39,795 bases of DNA, from positions 1 to 39,795 of the forward strand of contig WRNI01000001.1 of NCBI GenBank assembly GCA_009776695.1, read 5' to 3'. Below, one piece after another: positions 35,351 through 39,795 of the stretch (the first letter of the stretch is position 1; each line of letters begins with the position of its first letter). The notes beneath the pieces are model-generated. The model saw nothing but the letters and a program-made list of their open reading frames with translations, was not told the DNA's origin and did not search any database. The position numbers and the translations under genes are program-made. This stretch comes from Methanomassiliicoccaceae archaeon (GTDB taxonomy: Archaea > Thermoplasmatota > Thermoplasmata > Methanomassiliicoccales > Methanomethylophilaceae).

Positions 35351-35926
35351 ATGACGGAACGGCCGGTACTCAGCAATAACACAGATCCGAAGATATTCGG
35401 CGAGTATTATTATCTGAAAGAGGAACTTACCGCATTCTGCAGATCGAACGGTCTGCAGACGACCGGGAGTAAAGCGGAACTGACGGAACGGGTGCGCACA
35501 TTCCTGTCAACGGGTGAAAGGACCGTCATTAAACGCACCGGGAGAAATGCATCCAACACCGGTGCGGTGACCGAGGGCACGGTCATCGGACCGGGCGTTG
35601 TGTGCTCACAGAGACTCAGGGATTTCTTTCTTGATAAGATAGGATCATCTTTCAAATTCAATATTGAATTTCTGAAATGGCTGAGGTCCAATCCCGAAAG
35701 CACATACAGCGATGCCGTAACTGCTTACGGAGAGATACTCGAAGAGCGGAAAGGAAAGAGAAGTATCATAGGCAGGCAGTTCGAATACAACACATACATA
35801 AGAGAGTTTTTCGATGAAAATCCCGGAATGACGCTGGATGACGCGATCAGATGCTGGAAGCACAAGAAAAGCTTGCCGGGAAGCAACAGATATGAGAAGG
35901 ACGATCTGTCGGCCATCGGACGATGA
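35351..35926 (+). CDS. SAP-domain protein
   Basis: YYLKEELTAFCRSNGLQTTGSKAELTERVRTFL is a clear SAP (helix-extended loop-helix) motif, followed by a ~130-aa conserved-looking C-terminal domain. The first in-frame ATG is at 35351. The track uses TTG at 35336. Confidence 0.7.
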   Translation: MTERPVLSNNTDPKIFGEYYYLKEELTAFCRSNGLQTTGSKAELTERVRTFLSTGERTVIKRTGRNASNTGAVTEGTVIGPGVVCSQRLRDFFLDKIGSSFKFNIEFLKWLRSNPESTYSDAVTAYGEILEERKGKRSIIGRQFEYNTYIREFFDENPGMTLDDAIRCWKHKKSLPGSNRYEKDDLSAIGR

Positions 35927-35967
35927 CCGCCAGACACGCTGACGCAAGATGTTGCCGCAGATCGGCA

Positions 35968-36327
35968 TCAGAGATCGTTGATGTTCCTTCCCAATATTAT
36001 CTTCGGCATTGTCGTGAGGCACCGTGTCCATCTCTTGTAGAATTTCTCCAGACCGGGTTTTGACAGGTTTGCGTGAACATTCTCATCCTCCAGTTCCATG
36101 AAAAGGACGTACGTAACTTTTTCAACATATCGTGTCAGTTCCACGGGAGGGACGCCCTCCTTCACGGAATTGAAATCCTTCTGCCTGTGCGTCCGTTTGA
36201 AATAGCGCACATCATAGACACCGTCCTGCTGAAGATAGAATTCGGCAACCTCTTTCATCAGCTCTTCGATCTCATCCTGTTTGTCAACTTTCGATTCGTA
36301 GATGCATATCTCATAGAACATGGCCAA
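35968..36327 (-). CDS. Hypothetical protein (119 aa)
   Basis: The ORF has ordinary composition (MAMFYEICIYESKVDKQDEIEELMKEVAEFY...) and lies 25 nt downstream of the peroxiredoxin-like gene. It may have an alpha+beta barrel (ABM-like) fold, but I cannot support a family. Confidence 0.5.
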   Translation of the reverse strand: MAMFYEICIYESKVDKQDEIEELMKEVAEFYLQQDGVYDVRYFKRTHRQKDFNSVKEGVPPVELTRYVEKVTYVLFMELEDENVHANLSKPGLEKFYKRWTRCLTTMPKIILGRNINDL

Positions 36328-36352
36328 GATGCATTGTTGTACGCATATATCA

Positions 36353-36844
36353 TCATTTTCGGCGGTCCCTCAGTATATCGCCGATCAGCGATATGAATGT
36401 TCCGAGGTCACGCGTATCCACGGGTATCTCGGCTCTCCATATGTACCGTATCACCATGTTTTTATCAATGAGCACAAAGCCTCTGTTCGTCAGAGCATCA
36501 GGGCCATCCCATGATCCGACGATCATCCCGAACATCCTGCTTATCTTCTGTTCCGCGTCGGACATGTGATCGTACCTTGAGCTAAGGCGCTCCATGTATT
36601 TCGCATGGTTCTCGACCGATTCGGGATTGACGTGGAATACTTTCACACCCATCTTTTCAAAGTCGTCGTAAAATTCATTCATGCGCTCGCTGTAATATGT
36701 GCACATAAGGCCATAGTTCGTTGGGTAAAAGTACAAAAGAACATTATTATTTTTCAATTCAGACGATAGAACGAATTCCCCGCACCTTACACAAGGTGCC
36801 GTGAAGTCCGGTGCCTTGTCACCCGTGCTCAGTTCCTTTGCCAT
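36353..36844 (-). CDS. AhpC/TSA (Bcp-like) thioredoxin-fold protein with a non-canonical active-site motif
   Basis: 163 aa. It has GDKAPDFTAP, VLLYFYPTNYGLMCTYY and the conserved Arg context TNRGFVLID. The canonical PxxxTxxC reads PTNYGLMC, with Gly at the Thr position. Confidence 0.75.
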   Translation of the reverse strand: MAKELSTGDKAPDFTAPCVRCGEFVLSSELKNNNVLLYFYPTNYGLMCTYYSERMNEFYDDFEKMGVKVFHVNPESVENHAKYMERLSSRYDHMSDAEQKISRMFGMIVGSWDGPDALTNRGFVLIDKNMVIRYIWRAEIPVDTRDLGTFISLIGDILRDRRK

Positions 36845-36956
36845 ACGTATCTCCGTTCTTCCGGTGAACGGTATCGGTTGCCGCGCGTATAACGTTTTAC
36901 GGAACGGTATGTAAGAGCGGGTGCATTGTGATGTTTCCGTTACATCTTTTGCGGAA

Positions 36957-37445
36957 TTAACCGAGACGCAGTTCCGATTGTGCCCTGACGGGAGAGCGCA
37001 TGACCCTCTCCTCCCTTTTGTCAGCGAGATCCGCCCCTTTCATCATTCCGGACCTGGACAGATATATCTGTGAGTCCGTCCTGATAATGTCTCCTTTTCT
37101 GACAGATGATTCAATAAGCTCGGCATCAAATGATCCGGATGCGATGGCTGTGCCCTTTCTGAACGCCCCCCTGTCAAACATTTTCAGAAGAAGTCTTTCG
37201 GTATCAGAAATATCCATCTCCAATTCCTGAGATACGATTATTTTCGCATCGCCCCTCCGATCTATTTTAGAAAATTTCGGAATGTTGCGCTGCACATATT
37301 CTATCATCGTAAGATAGTTGTTGACCGTCACATAATGCATACCGGTATGTTTTGCAAGTTCTGCGATCGAATATTCGTCTCCTTTCCTGCCTTCTTTCAA
37401 CGCATGTGAAAGCGCATAGACTATATCTTCCGGGCTTCTTCTCAT
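36957..37445 (-). CDS. Putative winged-helix DNA-binding protein
   Basis: 162 aa. YSIAELAKHTGMHYVTVNNYLTMIEYV looks like an HTH recognition unit. The rest is uncharacterised. Confidence 0.55.
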   Translation of the reverse strand: MRRSPEDIVYALSHALKEGRKGDEYSIAELAKHTGMHYVTVNNYLTMIEYVQRNIPKFSKIDRRGDAKIIVSQELEMDISDTERLLLKMFDRGAFRKGTAIASGSFDAELIESSVRKGDIIRTDSQIYLSRSGMMKGADLADKREERVMRSPVRAQSELRLG

Positions 37446-37671
37446 TGCCGTCCCCGCCTCTCTCGATACATGATAGACAACGATACATATAACTCTTTAT
37501 TGTGATATAATTCATTATAGTGAAATTATATATATACTTATCAGGTATACAATGTATAATGCAAAATAAGAATGGAACATATCTGCGAAAAATCATAGCC
37601 GATCGGATCGGCAAAATGAATAAAGAGCCATGCTGCCATATGTTCAGGTTCCAAAAAGAGGGCGATGCCCG

Positions 37672-38130
37672 ATGACGAACCTCAGAAACAGAAAGGTCAC
37701 CCTGGACACAAGCGTTCTGATCGCATGGGTGCTGTCGAAGAAAGAGAGATCACTGTACAGAGTTGTGGTCAGAAAGGCCGTCACTGAGGACATATTGATG
37801 CTGACAGACATAATATGGGATGAATGTCTTGATTTTGCCGATAAGAAGCGCGGCAGGAAAGCAAATATCACGAGGGAGGACATAGACGCAAAACTGCGTG
37901 AACTCAGTGTCGATGTTGTTCATATAAGGCCAATTCCAACCGATAATGAACTGAAGGCGATGGGATACAGCATACGCGATGATGACGATCTCAAGATACT
38001 CTACTCTGCGGATATAACAAATTCTGTGATCCTTGTCACAAAGGACGATGATTTCAGAGGGGATGTCAAAGGTATAAAAGCCAAGGTCATGACATCGAAA
38101 AGTTATCTTCATGAGAACGGCGATAAGTAA
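37672..38130 (+). CDS. PIN-domain protein
   Basis: MTNLRNRKVTLDTSVLIAWVL supplies the first acidic residue. DIIWDECLDF, IRDDDDLKILYSA and VTKDDDF provide the remaining PIN acidic positions. The track start at 37630 adds 14 aa that do not look conserved. Confidence 0.7.
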   Translation: MTNLRNRKVTLDTSVLIAWVLSKKERSLYRVVVRKAVTEDILMLTDIIWDECLDFADKKRGRKANITREDIDAKLRELSVDVVHIRPIPTDNELKAMGYSIRDDDDLKILYSADITNSVILVTKDDDFRGDVKGIKAKVMTSKSYLHENGDK

Positions 38131-38415
38131 TGTTTATAAACATCTCCGCATATTGCATTATTGCATTCCCGGTAAGTTATTCGCCCTGAGGAGGATGCAG
38201 GCGGCCCTCCACCAGGATTGCACTTTCTGCATATTTGTTTTACAGACCGGCATGGTCATAAAAATCTTTGACCCTGACCGTTTATGAAGGAACGGCGTCC
38301 ATTATAAATTAGCCTCTTCGAAGGAGAGGCTGACGCCCTCGCCGGAGATGTAATTTCTTCGCCGGACAAGACCGCCCAAATTTAAATTAAGATCCTATAC
38401 CGGATTGAAAGTCAG

Positions 38416-38500
38416 CGCGGAGAGGGAGATTCGAACTCCCGGGGTGAGACACCACCGGTTTTCAAGACCGGCGCCGTGGTCCAGGCTTAGCTATCTCCGC
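38416..38500 (-). tRNA. tRNA-Ser (anticodon UGA), type II with long variable arm, no encoded CCA
   Basis: I folded the cloverleaf by hand. The acceptor stem is GCGGAGA/TCTCCGC with discriminator G. The anticodon stem CCGGT/ACCGG closes the loop CTTGAAA (anticodon TGA). The variable arm is GGTG-TCT-CACC. The T arm is GGGAG-TTCGAAT-CTCCC. Confidence 0.9.
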
Positions 38501-38522
38501 CTAGGCTTCGGGAACAGGTCTC

Positions 38523-38533
38523 AATATTTAATC
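38523..38533 (-). promoter_or_regulatory. Candidate TATA box for tRNA-Ser
   Basis: The minus strand reads GATTAAATATT, centred about 28 nt upstream of the tRNA 5' end at 38500. Confidence 0.45.
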
Positions 38534-38618
38534 CCAACCGTTACGTCATCCGTGCCCTTTTCCTTTTGATGCGGTACGGGCGATGATAATATTTATCTGC
38601 TGAAACGCATGAGCGTGC

Positions 38619-39233
38619 ATGGAACTTGAGACCGTTGCGATACTGACGCTTTCTTTGTTCCTCATTTACAATCCGTTCGCGAGCCTTCCGATATTCATTT
38701 CAGTTTCGAAGGGAAGAGAGCCGAACGTCATCAAAAGCTATGCCAACAAGGCCATAATCGTTGCAGGTGTCCTTCTGGCTGTGTTCGTTGTCGTCGGTCC
38801 TTTCTTAATGGACCTTTTCGGAGTGACGATGAACGGGTTCAGGGTGGCCGGCGGTCTGATACTTCTGCTGATGTCCGTTGAGACGGTGTTCGGAATGAAA
38901 CTGTGGAAGGGCGGCGAGAGCGACGCGGCGTGGGTGATAGTCGCCACGCCTATCTTAACGGGACCCGGCGTGATAACAACGGCAGTTTTATTTTCCGATC
39001 AGTACGGGATGCTGCCGGTGCTTCTCGCGGGCGTGATATCGCTTGCGGTCACATGGCTGATATTAAGGAACTCGTCCGCCGTGATGAGAATTGCCGGTGA
39101 TCAGTTCATAAACATAATGTCAAAGATCGTGGGCCTTCTGATAGCGGCGATGGCCGTCGAGTATATTCTTTCCGGGTCAGTGGGATGGCTTGAGGCGCAT
39201 GAGATCTCAGTGATCGTATCAAACATTCTATGA
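38619..39233 (+). CDS. MarC-family (UPF0056) integral membrane protein
   Basis: 204 aa. LFLIYNPFASLPIFISV, FRVAGGLILLLMSVE and ATPILTGPGVITT match the MarC family pattern. Confidence 0.85.
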   Translation: MELETVAILTLSLFLIYNPFASLPIFISVSKGREPNVIKSYANKAIIVAGVLLAVFVVVGPFLMDLFGVTMNGFRVAGGLILLLMSVETVFGMKLWKGGESDAAWVIVATPILTGPGVITTAVLFSDQYGMLPVLLAGVISLAVTWLILRNSSAVMRIAGDQFINIMSKIVGLLIAAMAVEYILSGSVGWLEAHEISVIVSNIL

Positions 39234-39795
39234 CGTTGCCGCGCCGCTCTCCGGCGGACATCTCTTCGAGTAATATGATATCATCACCATGAACCATATC
39301 ATCTCCAGCGGTAACGATAACGCTGACGGGAGCACCGAATGCTTCGTCTCTATGAGTATCATGGTCATTGACATCGCGAGCGCGCTGTTCTTCCATATCG
39401 ACAGCAGGACCATCGGTATCCGGCCGTCACGCCTCATCCCGATCCATTTAAGAACGATCTCCATCGTCAGCGCGACAGCGATTATCCTGACAAGACAGCC
39501 GGCGGCCACCCACAGGACGGTCACCGGCTCGTTCAGTATGAACTCCCTGTTCGCGCCGAACGTGATAAAGACAAGAACAAAGAACAATATGTTTATCGCC
39601 ACCGTTTTCACGTTCGCATTTATCACGAAATTCCTCAGAGGTATTGAAACGGCGAACGGTATCGCGATGAACAATGCCACATACTTCAGCACCTCCCACG
39701 GGCTCACGGCCTCGCCGATCAGAACTTTTGTCATTATCGGCGTGACCGCCAGCGCAATAACATACACAACGGTCACGGTTATCATCGCCAGTTTT
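39228..39795 (-). CDS. Membrane transporter, C-terminal part (bile acid:sodium symporter/SBF-like or related). The gene continues past the right window edge.
   Basis: The minus-strand frame is open to the window end, so the Met at 39785 is probably internal. It has multiple TM helices, and LLSIWKNSALAMSMTMIL resembles the (Q/K)N-x-x-LA motif of SBF-like carriers. It converges on the MarC gene with a 6-nt overlap. Confidence 0.5.
   Translation of the reverse strand, partial: KLAMITVTVVYVIALAVTPIMTKVLIGEAVSPWEVLKYVALFIAIPFAVSIPLRNFVINANVKTVAINILFFVLVFITFGANREFILNEPVTVLWVAAGCLVRIIAVALTMEIVLKWIGMRRDGRIPMVLLSIWKNSALAMSMTMILIETKHSVLPSALSLPLEMIWFMVMISYYSKRCPPESGAATS

Noticed and set aside
38131-38415. 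Attachment site or integrase remnant in the non-coding DNA beside tRNA-Ser, with local repeats (ATTGCATT x2 at about 38151-38166) and a hairpin AGCCTCT-tcgaagg-AGAGGCT at 38311-38331
   Set aside because: There is no integrase ORF, I found no copy of the tRNA 3' segment by eye, and the small repeats are short enough to arise by chance. It is retained only as part of the low-GC-island hypothesis.

Overview
This is a compact archaeal chromosomal segment. The archaeal hallmarks are SRP54, the KH/beta-CASP ribonuclease aCPSF1 (FttA), proteasome beta subunit, archaeal-type PheT, class I HMG-CoA reductase, TrmY and ApgM. Rubrerythrin, radical SAM and Fe-S proteins point to an anaerobe. A Thermoplasmata-like euryarchaeon is only a guess. 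TAG is used as an ordinary stop codon here (pheT, hmgA and the CN-hydrolase gene). Coding density is very high, with many 1-17 nt overlaps, including between convergent genes. I found no CRISPR array, rRNA gene, transposase or integrase. I support about 43 CDS, including two edge-truncated genes the ORF track could not report, and one tRNA-Ser(UGA). The accessory-looking parts are listed below.

1. The 5' part of a giant DUF4011-type SF1 helicase lies at the left edge (1-2384).
2. A non-archaellum type IV filament-like module spans 18798-25488. It contains a translationally coupled Cys-rich protein, a FlaI/VirB11-type ATPase and a FlaJ/TadC-type platform. It is divergent from a U32-family gene that is followed by two small pilin-like ORFs.
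3. A co-directional cluster spans 30460-34012: radical SAM, SAM methyltransferase, a split COG0523-type G3E GTPase, a zinc-ribbon membrane protein and a CxxCxxCC (YkgJ-type) protein.
4. A lower-GC stretch next to tRNA-Ser (about 35300-38415) carries a PIN protein, a wHTH protein and a divergent peroxiredoxin-like protein.

Smaller oddities are a nitrilase-superfamily protein lacking the catalytic Cys, a PPAT-NTPase fusion, nine in-frame 30-nt acidic repeats, and several perfect palindromes at gene starts. All family assignments come from motif recognition by eye, not from database searches.
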